The translations under genes and the position numbers were made by a program. A stretch of 64,000 nucleotides of DNA from Vibrionaceae bacterium (GTDB lineage: Bacteria; Pseudomonadota; Gammaproteobacteria; Enterobacterales; Vibrionaceae), in assembly GCA_018222805.1 (NCBI GenBank), contig JAAEZQ010000002.1, positions 288,415-352,414 of the forward strand. The letters run 5' to 3'. Positions 48,919 through 58,135 of the stretch are shown here, one piece after another. Below the pieces are notes generated by a model. It had not been told where the DNA came from. It saw only the letters and a program-made list of their open reading frames with translations, and ran no database searches. Each line of letters opens with the position of its first letter. Position 1 is the first letter of the stretch.

Positions 48919-50927
48919 TATTTCAAAAGCAGCTGAACTTCCCGCCGAATCTCTTGTTCAATTTGCTTACGTCCTGTCAGTTTAAACTGTATCGCACAGC
49001 TCTCCCAATCATGGTTTAGAAATAGCTTACAGATCATTAAATCAGAAACTGACGCTAAGCCATTTCCCAATAACCACTGCTTTAGCCACACAAAGACAGA
49101 TTCGTAGTTACCTCCGCCTTGGGCGTAATTCTGAATAAGCGTAAGTTGGCTAAGTTGAAGAGCTGCAACCATAAGAGGGGCATTCAATAAACGTCTATAT
49201 ATAGCGGGCTCTAACTTCGAGTAAATTAGATTGGCACTCATCGATATAAACTCAAGCAAAAGCGTTTCCGCTTCATCAATCCATTTCTGTGGATTATTCG
49301 CTAACTGTCTGACCATCAATAAAGAGTAACACCCACTAGCGGCATCACGCATCGTGCCGAGGCGAATCGGTTGATAACCGACACGGTTCCAAAAGCGCAA
49401 CAGCTCTTCAGTCAAACCAAAGCTGGTAGAGAGATAAGTAACATTAGAGGGTAGAGATCGCTCAAGCTGGAAAAGCATTTGCTTCCCGATACCTTTATTC
49501 TGTAACTCGGGATGAACCGCTATACGCATGATACGAAGCGTTGAAAGACGCCCCACTTCCGGCATGCCAAGTTGATTTATAATCGTTACTGGCGTTAAGT
49601 GACCTGGCGGGCGACGTCTCCCGCGTTGAATATCAGAAACAATCGTATCATCCAAGTTCCCCTCTTCGACCGTCATGATGACACCAACGATTTTATTTTC
49701 GCTTGTTGCAACATAAATAGAACTGAAGTCATCTTGAAGTAAGTGAAGCAAATCATTTGGTGAGGTTTGATAGTGTGCGTTCACTAGGAGAGCAAAACAC
49801 TCCCTCAGTAAACTCGGATTAGAAACCAGTTCATGCTTTGCAATTTTTTCAAGCAACGGCCTCTTTGTTGCCACTAATGAAGGGTCGCTCAGTTCAGCAT
49901 CCAACACAAAAGCCTCATAAAGCCACGACTCCAGAAAGTCACTTTCACTCCAGCGGATCGGCTGCTGAAGGTGACATGTTTTCATCCCAGATCTTTGCTT
50001 TTTTAACCAGTCAACAAACTTAAGCGTGAACCCGCGACCACAACCTTCATAACCATGAATGGTGCTAGAAAATACGAGACGATGGTAATTTTCTGTTATC
50101 TGCTGCAGCATGGGAACCGGTATTGCTGCCGCTTCATCAACAAGTAGCAAATCACATTCAGGCAGTGACGTAAGTAACTCGTCCGGCGCGATAAACTGTA
50201 TGCTCCCCAGCCCTGCTTCAAATCGGTCTTTTTTGACACGTTGGCCACTCTGCATCACTCGTTGTGCATGAAGGAAAACAGGTTCTACTGCTTTAATAGA
50301 GGGTGCCGTCACCAACACATGCAACGGTTTATTCTGTAATAAGTTGGCACACGCGATACCAAGGGCACTGCTTTTTCCTCGGCCACGGTCTGCGGTTAAA
50401 ACCAAAGGTCGTTTTCGATGACCAGTTACAACTTTTTCAATTGCGGCAACAGCCTGTTCTTGTTGTGCGTATTGGGATATTTTACTGACGAGTTCAAAAC
50501 TTGGTAACTCAGGCAATCCTTGATGTTGATCTAAGATGAATAATTTCTGCCACTGAGTCGCCATCCATTGTTGGGCGTAGTTTGACGGCTTAACGTTACT
50601 GATAGCAACTATAAGAATACCGCCACCGACCAATGAACCTAACGCCGCAGTAAAGCTATTCGCATCGAAATTTTTGCTCGCATCATAGACCAGTACGTCA
50701 CATTCTCTTCCTAGTAACATATGGCCTTGTTTTGCAGATACACAATACGCGTCTCCCAACGACCATTCACCTACACAAAACCAACGTAGTTCTTGATGAG
50801 TTTGATGGAACGAATCAATTAGTTCTTTTTGCCAGTTGCCATCGCCTTGAATAGCTACGCCTATCCGTTGGAAAGATTGGGATGCCTTTTGTTGAAGTAA
50901 AGCGAGAAACTCATTTTGTGTGTGCAT
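48918..50927 (-). CDS. tmcA: tRNA(Met) cytidine acetyltransferase
   Basis: 669 aa. Helicase-like domain with Walker A ADRGRGKSSALG, followed by a GNAT domain (RIAVHPELQNKGIGKQ), the TmcA architecture. Confidence 0.8.
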   Translation of the reverse strand: MHTQNEFLALLQQKASQSFQRIGVAIQGDGNWQKELIDSFHQTHQELRWFCVGEWSLGDAYCVSAKQGHMLLGRECDVLVYDASKNFDANSFTAALGSLVGGGILIVAISNVKPSNYAQQWMATQWQKLFILDQHQGLPELPSFELVSKISQYAQQEQAVAAIEKVVTGHRKRPLVLTADRGRGKSSALGIACANLLQNKPLHVLVTAPSIKAVEPVFLHAQRVMQSGQRVKKDRFEAGLGSIQFIAPDELLTSLPECDLLLVDEAAAIPVPMLQQITENYHRLVFSSTIHGYEGCGRGFTLKFVDWLKKQRSGMKTCHLQQPIRWSESDFLESWLYEAFVLDAELSDPSLVATKRPLLEKIAKHELVSNPSLLRECFALLVNAHYQTSPNDLLHLLQDDFSSIYVATSENKIVGVIMTVEEGNLDDTIVSDIQRGRRRPPGHLTPVTIINQLGMPEVGRLSTLRIMRIAVHPELQNKGIGKQMLFQLERSLPSNVTYLSTSFGLTEELLRFWNRVGYQPIRLGTMRDAASGCYSLLMVRQLANNPQKWIDEAETLLLEFISMSANLIYSKLEPAIYRRLLNAPLMVAALQLSQLTLIQNYAQGGGNYESVFVWLKQWLLGNGLASVSDLMICKLFLNHDWESCAIQFKLTGRKQIEQEIRREVQLLLK

Positions 50928-51008
50928 ACTGTGTACCCAAGGTTAAACCAACGACATATTATCACAACTTAAACTGGCTACTCATCGGTAGCAAAAAACA
51001 ACAGACAT

Positions 51009-51030
51009 AAAAAAACCGCCCGAAGGCGGT
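51009..51030 (-). terminator. Terminator after parB2
   Basis: ACCGCC-cgaa-GGCGGT with an A7 run on plus (T-run on minus). Confidence 0.75.
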
Positions 51031-51047
51031 TAATGTTCAGACTGGCA

Positions 51048-52022
51048 CTATTGCAGTTTGCTGTGGACAAAAGCAAGAATTTCTTCCATCAAACTGTCAT
51101 CCACTTTTTTTAGGTTAAGTGCCAGATTACTGCCTTTACGGCTGTAACTCGCACGACCTTTAATCAAATCGACTTTGTCTACCTTCGTCGAAGTTTTAGC
51201 TGGTGATAATGCCGTAATCCAACTTTCTAGGCTTTCCGTGACTTCTTTAGTCAAACGGGCAACACCTTGTGCCGTGCTACGCTGCCACAAGTATCCCTCG
51301 GTCGTACGACATTTATCTAATAATCCTTGCTGCTGTTCTGGCGTTAAATTCGTGAACTGCTTGTGCAATTTAACAATAGTAGGGCGCCCAAGATCCCCTA
51401 CATTTGGATACGCTTGTAGCAATTCTAGCGGTAGCGATGCCGCTTTTAGTGCTCCACTCACTAGAGCTTCACTACACTGAAACATTTTTGCTAATGCTTT
51501 TTGGTCTTCAGCTTCACCACTGTCGAGCTTAGCCTGCATCTCCTTCCCTTTTTCATAAAGTGACAGAGGCTTATGAGCATTTGCGACATCAGATAAGAAC
51601 TTAGCATGATTAGAGTTAATGTTATCGCCAACATAAACCAGAAAATCCTGTTCAGCCAAGATACAAGACTTACGACGACGACTACCGTCTAAAACTTCAA
51701 TCTTACCCTCTTGAGTACGACGGCCAACCGCTGGATATTGCTGACCACGCTCTTTTAACGTAACCAATACATCAGATAAAGCGTGCTCATTCAAGAAAGA
51801 CTGCTCACGTGCGTTATCAACAAAAACAGTCGTTTCTGATTCAACCTTTTCGGCAGGTATACGAACCAATTCGAATTGAACGGTATTCTCTCCCGCTACG
51901 GCTAACTCAATCGTTTGTGTTTTATCTCTTGCAGCCGTTTGTGCTTCCTGAGGAGTTGCCACACGACGTTTATTAGTTTTGCCAAATAATTTTGCGTTTA
52001 ATTCAGACGTTTTCAAAGCCAT
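51048..52022 (-). CDS. parB: Chromosome II partitioning protein ParB2
   Basis: 324 aa. ParB-box LDGSRRR, plasmid-type (P1/F-like) ParB organisation, downstream of parA2 next to ori2. Confidence 0.85.
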   Translation of the reverse strand: MALKTSELNAKLFGKTNKRRVATPQEAQTAARDKTQTIELAVAGENTVQFELVRIPAEKVESETTVFVDNAREQSFLNEHALSDVLVTLKERGQQYPAVGRRTQEGKIEVLDGSRRRKSCILAEQDFLVYVGDNINSNHAKFLSDVANAHKPLSLYEKGKEMQAKLDSGEAEDQKALAKMFQCSEALVSGALKAASLPLELLQAYPNVGDLGRPTIVKLHKQFTNLTPEQQQGLLDKCRTTEGYLWQRSTAQGVARLTKEVTESLESWITALSPAKTSTKVDKVDLIKGRASYSRKGSNLALNLKKVDDSLMEEILAFVHSKLQ

Positions 52023-52029
52023 TTACTTA

Positions 52030-53247
52030 TTACCCCTGATTCAATGACGGCCAATTAGAGTGCAATACACGCTCAAGTTCAAGTGAGCTCTTGTGAACAG
52101 CATCTTGAGCGGTTGCGAGCGTTTTCTTACCACCTTCAAAATCACTCACGGTGAGATCAAATACCGTACTGTACGTGTCAGCACAGGTTTCAAACGCTCG
52201 ACTACGCGGAATGGTAGCCATCATAACTTGGTCACCGAGAAGATAGTTCATTTCAGTTAAGACAGAAACTTGCTTCTTGTTGTCATCCTCAAACATGGTT
52301 GGCATCAAGCGTACAAACTCAAGACCATTCCAATCCTCAGGGAACATTTCATATACCGTCGGTAAATGCTGGAAGAAGTTTACCGTCGAAGCCCAATCAA
52401 GACGTTTAGCTGCGCATGGAATCAATAATGCGTTAGAAGCGTACATTGCATTCCAAACCAGTGGGTCCACGTGTGGGCCGGTATCGATCATGATGATATC
52501 GAAATCGTCTGAAATTTTGTCAATAAGCTGCTCTTTTAACAAACGAACGATATCGAGAGATGGGTCTTCAGATAGCGTTTGCCATGCTTCAGCGTTAAAC
52601 ATTGCGTCTTCTGGAAACGCTGAAATCGACTTTAAGTTCGGATATTGCGTTGGAAGCAACACATTCTTACGCAAGAATTCACTATCAATGTCTACGCCTT
52701 CAGGCACGTTACCTAACATAATATCAACTGCAGAATAGATATTATCGTGTTCGGCGACACTGATTTGTGGGTTTAGGAATAGACGCAGTGAGCCTTGTGG
52801 GTCTAAATCAATCAAACAAATGCGGTAGCGTTTATCTAAGTTAAGCGCTAAACAAGCGGCTAAATGCACAGCCGACATCGATTTACCTGTACCACCCTTT
52901 TGGTTTTGTACGTTGATAATCCACGGCTTATTATCATTATTTTTTTTGCGCTCATGGAACTTAGGCACCTCAGCAGCATCCATAAGCATATGCGCTTCTT
53001 CTAACGTAATGGAATAATGATTGGCATTATTCTTAGTAAATTGATGGCCCGCGGCTTCCATTTTACCAATCGCGTCATCGAGCTTTCGGCGAGTCAAACC
53101 AGAACGGGTTTCCATCATTGCCTTAGACATTGGAGGGAAGTAGTTGTCACTTCGCTCTTCCAAAACAATCTCAATACGGTCAGCTTGAACCTGCTGTGTT
53201 AGTTCCGCTAACTCATGAAGGTTGTCAATCGTTTTTTCTCTTTTCAT
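52030..53247 (-). CDS. parA: Chromosome II partitioning ATPase ParA2 (type Ia, with N-terminal HTH extension)
   Basis: Deviant Walker A NQKGGTGKS. About 405 aa from the ATG at 53247. The track ORF extends to 53307. Confidence 0.85.
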   Translation of the reverse strand: MKREKTIDNLHELAELTQQVQADRIEIVLEERSDNYFPPMSKAMMETRSGLTRRKLDDAIGKMEAAGHQFTKNNANHYSITLEEAHMLMDAAEVPKFHERKKNNDNKPWIINVQNQKGGTGKSMSAVHLAACLALNLDKRYRICLIDLDPQGSLRLFLNPQISVAEHDNIYSAVDIMLGNVPEGVDIDSEFLRKNVLLPTQYPNLKSISAFPEDAMFNAEAWQTLSEDPSLDIVRLLKEQLIDKISDDFDIIMIDTGPHVDPLVWNAMYASNALLIPCAAKRLDWASTVNFFQHLPTVYEMFPEDWNGLEFVRLMPTMFEDDNKKQVSVLTEMNYLLGDQVMMATIPRSRAFETCADTYSTVFDLTVSDFEGGKKTLATAQDAVHKSSLELERVLHSNWPSLNQG

Positions 53248-53465
53248 GCCAAATTCCGTTGGAAGGATATCTGACTGCAATTGTACAGCACTAAACACCA
53301 AAAACAACTAAAAGGTGAACAAACATTTTGAATAACAATCACATATAAAAACAATAAAATCGACTATTTTATGAATTACGCCAAAAAACATATAGAAATA
53401 TAATCAAACAACTTCGAGTAAAACATTTGCTAACTCTATAAATTTAAAGTGTTACCGTGTCACTC

Positions 53466-53480
53466 ATTTACAATGTAAAT
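53466..53480. promoter_or_regulatory. parS2-type site 5 (inside the rctA-equivalent region)
   Basis: ATTTACAATGTAAAT. Confidence 0.8.
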
Positions 53481-53594
53481 TAAATTTTATACGGAACGAT
53501 TATATTGGCCAGCTAAATTACGGATTATGTAAAATCAATACTCCCATACCTCAAAATAGATAAACTCAAGAAAGTATCTTCCACGGATAATGAC

Positions 53595-54051
53595 TTGATC
53601 ATGCATCCGAAGCAATAAATGTAGATATTGAATAAACAACCCGGAAAAATGATCAAGGTACTATCTTGATCATTTTTCCGAGACATAACCAAAAAACGAA
53701 AGCATGATCAAGGAAAAGTAGGGCAGAGCTTGAGTAAACAGACGTTCTGGTAAGCGATCAAACTAACGGAAAAATGATCAAGTGAACAAGTTTCTCGGAA
53801 GCATGCTTTTTATCCGCTACTTTACGGCTGAATGCAGACACACTGGGGCATTCAGAGAAAAAGGCTCAGAACGATGAAATGAAAACCATGAATTTGACAA
53901 GTTCTACTATCATGATCATGCTTCCTAAATTTTGGTAAGATACAGTTTTTACAGGGCTAAGATTGAATTCTGATGATATTTTCAACACATGAATGATTTA
54001 TCACCAAAATTAGACTTCAATCGGACATTGTTATTATGCTTGATCATCGAT
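53595..54051. repeat. inc-region RctB iteron-like 12-mers (dispersed, both orientations)
   Basis: TTGATCATGCAT 53595-53606; ATGATCAAGGAA 53704-53715; ATGATCAAGTGA 53774-53785; ATGATCATGCTT 53912-53923; TTGATCATCGAT 54040-54051. Confidence 0.7.
53642..53680. repeat. 39-bp inverted repeat of two convergent iteron-like arms (candidate 39-mer-class RctB site)
   Basis: CGGAAAAATGATCAAG-gtactat-CTTGATCATTTTTCCG. The left arm recurs at 53767-53782. Equivalence to V. cholerae 39-mers is uncertain, because I recall those lacking GATC. Confidence 0.5.
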
Positions 54052-54118
54052 CCGGAACTAAATACTTAATAAAATCCACTTTAGTTACACCTTAGTCGAT
54101 CAATCAATCAATCATTTC

Positions 54119-54127
54119 TGTGGATAA
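54119..54127 (-). promoter_or_regulatory. DnaA box (perfect TTATCCACA on the minus strand)
   Basis: TGTGGATAA lies 14 nt before the first of the six phased iterons. Confidence 0.8.
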
Positions 54128-54141
54128 CCTGTACAAACATC

Positions 54142-54267
54142 ATGATCATCGTTTCAAGAACATTTTGATCATCTTTTCATAAACTTAATGATCATGCTTG
54201 CGGGTGAATATGATCATGTTTTCAGGTTTTTGTTGATCATCGTTTCAGGAGTATTATGATCATAGTT
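54142..54267 (+). repeat. Six phased RctB 12-mer iterons of ori2-min
   Basis: Starts at 54142, 54165, 54188, 54210, 54233 and 54256, with spacing 23, 23, 22, 23, 23 bp. Sequences: ATGATCATCGTT, TTGATCATCTTT, ATGATCATGCTT, ATGATCATGTTT, TTGATCATCGTT, ATGATCATAGTT. All share one orientation. Confidence 0.9.
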
Positions 54268-54474
54268 CCGAAATTCATGAAAATAATAGTCTTATATAAC
54301 AAAAGCTTAGAAACAAATCGAAAGCCAGATCATTAGATCATATAATCAATTAAGATCATAATAATCAAAAAGATCAGTTATTTAAAAAACAAGATTTTTT
54401 CTTTATTTATGATCTGTTTTTCTTTATTCTTCGGAACCATAGCACAACTACGGCTAGTGTGATCTGGATCTAAA
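54268..54474. promoter_or_regulatory. AT-rich, GATC-dense tract (candidate unwinding element) plus rctB promoter/leader
   Basis: Seven further GATC sites at 54328, 54336, 54354, 54372, 54411, 54461 and 54467. Long A/T runs. Directly upstream of the rctB ATG. Confidence 0.65.
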
Positions 54475-56445
54475 ATGACGGCTGATGAAAAAATTCTGAT
54501 TAAAGCACCGAGAAGCCACAAAGATGGACATCTTTTTGAAGTGCACGAATCTTCTGCAGATTGGGTAGAACAATACCAACACTTCAAAGGAGTGACCAAA
54601 AGCATCTTAGAATTGCTTAATCTTATCTCCTTGAGAGGTTTCAGCAGCAAAGATGGGCTTGTATCAACCACTGAAATTGTTGAAGCCACAGATGGTCAAT
54701 TGACTCGTGCGGCACTTCAACAACGCTTGAGAGCAGCAGTGAACATTGGTTTATTTACTCAAACTCCGGTTCGTTTTGAAGAAGGACTCGCCGGAAAAAC
54801 CATGTTACATAAATTTGTTAACCCCAATAAGCTGATTTCCGTTTTGGGTGCAACAAGCTTAGTTACTGAAAAAGTTCGTCAAAATGAAAAGCAAAAACGT
54901 TCAAAAGCATTAGCCCAAACACAAGTAAACAAACGACTGTTGACGGAACATGGCTTAAATACACCACCGACGATGAAGGATGAAGCAGATCAATTTGTCG
55001 TTTCTCCAACTAATTGGGCAGGGATCATCGATCAGGCACTTGCGCCTCCTCGTACCCGTAAAAGTTATCAGAAGTCCATGGTGTCAATTTCTGGTACCAA
55101 AGCGGTCATTGAGACACGATCATCCAAAAATATCATGACCGTGGATGATCTGATGACATTGTTTGCTCTGTTCACATTAACCGTGCAATATCATGATCAT
55201 CATAAAGATCAGTATCAACTCGACGCAGCCCACGTACCGAACAAAACGCCGTTATACATTACCGATATTTTGTCGCTAAGAGGCAAAAAAGACAGCGGTC
55301 CAGCACGTGACTCTATTCGTGACAGCATTGATCGTATTGAGTTTACCGATTTCCAATTGCATGAATTAACCGGCCGTTGGTTGAGTGAAAATATGCCGGA
55401 AGGTTTCAAAAGTGATCGATTCCGATTTCTTGCTCGAACGATTACCGCATCGGAAGAAGCGCCGGTTGAGGGCAGTGACGGTGAAATTCGGATCAAACCC
55501 AATTTGTATATATTAGTTTGGGAGCCATCGTTTTATGAAGAGTTGCTCACTCGTGATTACTTCTTCCTCTTTCCACCGGAGATTCTGAAACAGCATACTT
55601 TAGTGTTCCAGTTGTATTCGTTTTTCCGTAGTCGTATGGTTCGTCGCCACACAGATTGCATGTTGCTTAGTGAACTGAACCAGAAGTTAGCGCGCAACAT
55701 AGAATGGCGACGATTTTCCATGGATCTTATTCGCGAGTTGAAACGATTATCTGACGGTAAAGGAACGGACGATCTGTTTGTTGTGAATTTGTGGGGTTAT
55801 CACCTAACGATCGAAATGATGATCGAGAATGACAAAGTGATGGATTACCAGATCGATATAAAATGTGATGTGGAAGAAGTCTTGCGTTACTCACGTGCGC
55901 GAACAACGAACGCTGGAAAGCGTAACATGGCACCTACGCTGCCAAACCCACTTCGCAATGAGATGGTAACCCGACAACAGCTTGAAGAGCTCTCAGGCAT
56001 CATTGACGGCGAATTTGAGCCTATCCAGCGCAAAGCACCATCCCCAAGAGGGAATTTAGGCCGTCGCGTGAAGCAAAGAAAACATCTTGTTGAGATCAAT
56101 GCTGATGAGATAACCATTACTCTATCTAAATATACCTCACCAGAGGCTCTGGAACGCAGTATAACGGCTTTATCAGCAATGACAGGGCACTCGTATGCCT
56201 CAATTAAAGAAGAGTGCTCAGAGTACATTGAGAAGCTTGATTGGCTGAGGGTAGGAGATGAGCCAGTGCCATATGAGACATTAAGCAAAACCGTTGAGCT
56301 GTTCAACACGCAAAATGACCTCAAGCATCTTACCATTGAACGCTTGATTGCTGGCTTAGCTGTTCGTCGTAAGGTCTGTAGACAAATCTACGATGGTCAT
56401 ATAGATGAGATGGTATACCGAGCACTTGATGAGATGGCCATTTAA
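54475..56445 (+). CDS. rctB: Chromosome II replication initiator RctB
   Basis: 656 aa, next to ori2 iterons and divergent from parA2B2. Size and position match V. cholerae RctB (about 658 aa). Confidence 0.9.
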   Translation: MTADEKILIKAPRSHKDGHLFEVHESSADWVEQYQHFKGVTKSILELLNLISLRGFSSKDGLVSTTEIVEATDGQLTRAALQQRLRAAVNIGLFTQTPVRFEEGLAGKTMLHKFVNPNKLISVLGATSLVTEKVRQNEKQKRSKALAQTQVNKRLLTEHGLNTPPTMKDEADQFVVSPTNWAGIIDQALAPPRTRKSYQKSMVSISGTKAVIETRSSKNIMTVDDLMTLFALFTLTVQYHDHHKDQYQLDAAHVPNKTPLYITDILSLRGKKDSGPARDSIRDSIDRIEFTDFQLHELTGRWLSENMPEGFKSDRFRFLARTITASEEAPVEGSDGEIRIKPNLYILVWEPSFYEELLTRDYFFLFPPEILKQHTLVFQLYSFFRSRMVRRHTDCMLLSELNQKLARNIEWRRFSMDLIRELKRLSDGKGTDDLFVVNLWGYHLTIEMMIENDKVMDYQIDIKCDVEEVLRYSRARTTNAGKRNMAPTLPNPLRNEMVTRQQLEELSGIIDGEFEPIQRKAPSPRGNLGRRVKQRKHLVEINADEITITLSKYTSPEALERSITALSAMTGHSYASIKEECSEYIEKLDWLRVGDEPVPYETLSKTVELFNTQNDLKHLTIERLIAGLAVRRKVCRQIYDGHIDEMVYRALDEMAI

Positions 56446-56662
56446 TATCACTCAGTGTTATGCGCTAAGGCCGATGCGAGTGACGAATTGATGTTAAATG
56501 TAAGTATATTTTTCGATGATAGAAAGCAGACCTAACTCTAACAAAATGATGACATTACATCTCAGAGTCGAGACTAATATTGAACTCGAATAGACAACCT
56601 TTTGTCCTTTCTGATGATTATTAGACAGGCTCATATTGTTACATTCATTCTGAATAGATTTC

Positions 56663-56695
56663 GCGAGTTTCTGCTTATGAAACTCGCTTTTTTTT
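56663..56695 (+). terminator. Rho-independent terminator about 220 nt downstream of the rctB stop
   Basis: GCGAGTTTC-tgcttat-GAAACTCGC followed by T8. Confidence 0.7.
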
Positions 56696-56715
56696 GTCCA
56701 AAACTCTGGTAAACC

Positions 56716-56762
56716 GTGGATCATTTTTCCTAACTAATGAGGTAAACCTTGATCATGCTTCC
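56716..56762 (-). repeat. Two iteron-like sites downstream of rctB
   Basis: Minus-strand GGAAAAATGATCCAC (56716-56730) shares 12 nt with the 39-bp element arm. Minus-strand GGAAGCATGATCAAG (56748-56762) matches inc iteron 53700-53714 at 14 of 15 positions. Confidence 0.55.
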
Positions 56763-57201
56763 TAGTTTCATTCCAATTTAAAGATCGCATCAAAGCCACA
56801 TGTGACTCGATCAAGTTATGGGCTTGTTGTTGCCACTCACTTTGATCGCACTGCTGATTACAAAACTCTAAAGCGAGCACTGTGAGGTTCTGCAAACGTT
56901 TCAAACACCAGTCTTTAATCAGAATATCGGTTGATACCTGACACGCGGCTTGTTCCAGTTTTGCACTTGTGTAGAGCAAGGTTTGATAGGCTTTTTGATG
57001 GTCATGATACCTGGCGTGTTGGAACACTCGTAAACAACCGTCTAGCCAGCAAGCAATCGCTTTGCTTTGCGACTCGCTCAGTTCTGGCCCAAATACGTCA
57101 CTTGGAGCTTGATATAAGATCGATTCCAACTTTTCAACTTGATCATGCTTCCGATATTCATACCACATCGAGATCTGATCTTGCCAGGTACTCAATTCCA
57201 T
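56734..57201 (-). CDS. Hypothetical 155-aa helical protein, translationally coupled to the ABC ATPase gene upstream
   Basis: Its start ATG overlaps the preceding TAA (TAATG). No family recognised. It contains two RKHDQ pentapeptides encoded by iteron-like DNA. Confidence 0.5.
   Translation of the reverse strand: MELSTWQDQISMWYEYRKHDQVEKLESILYQAPSDVFGPELSESQSKAIACWLDGCLRVFQHARYHDHQKAYQTLLYTSAKLEQAACQVSTDILIKDWCLKRLQNLTVLALEFCNQQCDQSEWQQQAHNLIESHVALMRSLNWNETRKHDQGLPH
57139..57153 (-). repeat. Iteron-like site inside the 155-aa ORF
   Basis: CTTGATCATGCTTCC is an identical 15-mer to 56748-56762. Confidence 0.55.
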
Positions 57202-58133
57202 TATGCTGCCTCAGTCCATTGTTTTACAAAGTGATTTGGCCCTATTTGAGAAAATTCGTCGACAATGATACTGCTCCGACTACGAATCTCATCGGCTCCT
57301 GCCGAATAGTTTGGTTCATTTTTCACTAAGTTACCAAAAGGAAGGTCTGGGTCGGGGACAGCAGATATCAACAGTTTAGTGTAAGGATGCTGCGGGTTCT
57401 TGAGAATTGAGTGGGTATCACCCCATTCAACGATTTGCCCTTTGTACATGACTGCCGTTTCTTCCGCGATGTAGTGTGCGGTGGCAAGATCATGAGTAAT
57501 GTACAAAAAGCCAATTCCAAGCTCTTGCTTCATCCGTTGCATTAAATTCAGTACGCCCAAGCGAATGGATACATCAAGCATCGATGTCGGCTCATCCGCG
57601 AGAATTATTTGTGATCCAACGGCGAGAGCACGCGCTAAATTAACCCGCTGGCGCTGGCCACCACTCAGCTCGTGTGGAAACTTGTTTAATGTCTCTTCTG
57701 GCAACTCCACCAGCTTCAATAGCTCTAGCAAGCGGGCTGAAATGCCATGATCGCTTTTAACCTGCTTATGAATCTTTATAGGGCGCGTGAGGTGATGGCG
57801 AATATTCTGTGTTGGATTGAGTGAGCCGAATGGATCTTGAAAGACCATTTGTACTTTACTGCGATACTCTTGGATATCAGATCGAGACGTGATCTCATTT
57901 ATGTTGGTACCATTGTAAAGGATCTTGCCTTCTGTTGCCGGATAGACTTTAGTGATCAAACGCGCACAAGTACTTTTACCGCACCCTGATTCACCGACCA
58001 AAGCCAGTGTTTTCCCTGCATACAGATCAAAGCTAACGCCTTGGAGCGCACGAAAGGTTTCCTCTTTCGCTAAACCACCACCGACTTTGAACTCTTTAAC
58101 CACGTTTTTCATTTGGATGATAGGTTGGTTCAT
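57201..58133 (-). CDS. Peptide/nickel-type ABC transporter ATP-binding protein (DppF/OppF-like)
   Basis: Walker A GESGCGKST, signature LSGGQRQRV, and a C-terminal oligopeptide-ATPase extension with QHPYTK. Confidence 0.85.
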   Translation of the reverse strand: MNQPIIQMKNVVKEFKVGGGLAKEETFRALQGVSFDLYAGKTLALVGESGCGKSTCARLITKVYPATEGKILYNGTNINEITSRSDIQEYRSKVQMVFQDPFGSLNPTQNIRHHLTRPIKIHKQVKSDHGISARLLELLKLVELPEETLNKFPHELSGGQRQRVNLARALAVGSQIILADEPTSMLDVSIRLGVLNLMQRMKQELGIGFLYITHDLATAHYIAEETAVMYKGQIVEWGDTHSILKNPQHPYTKLLISAVPDPDLPFGNLVKNEPNYSAGADEIRSRSSIIVDEFSQIGPNHFVKQWTEAA

Positions 58134-58135
58134 GA

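Larger units (their letters stand above)
53308..54474. other. Chromosome II replication origin region (rctA/inc-like part plus ori2-min)
   Basis: Non-coding 1.17 kb between parA2 and rctB. It holds GATC-containing iterons, a DnaA box, an AT-rich tract and a parS2 site, the same layout as described for V. cholerae ori2. Confidence 0.9.

Noticed and set aside
53767-53805. Possible second 39-mer starting with CGGAAAAATGATCAAG.
   Set aside because: Only the left arm is repeated. The expected right arm is absent, so it is treated as an ordinary iteron with a conserved flank.
53810-53818. Second DnaA box candidate TTATCCGCT.
   Set aside because: It matches the consensus at 7 of 9 positions only. 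The perfect box at 54119-54127 is sufficient for the known ori2 layout.
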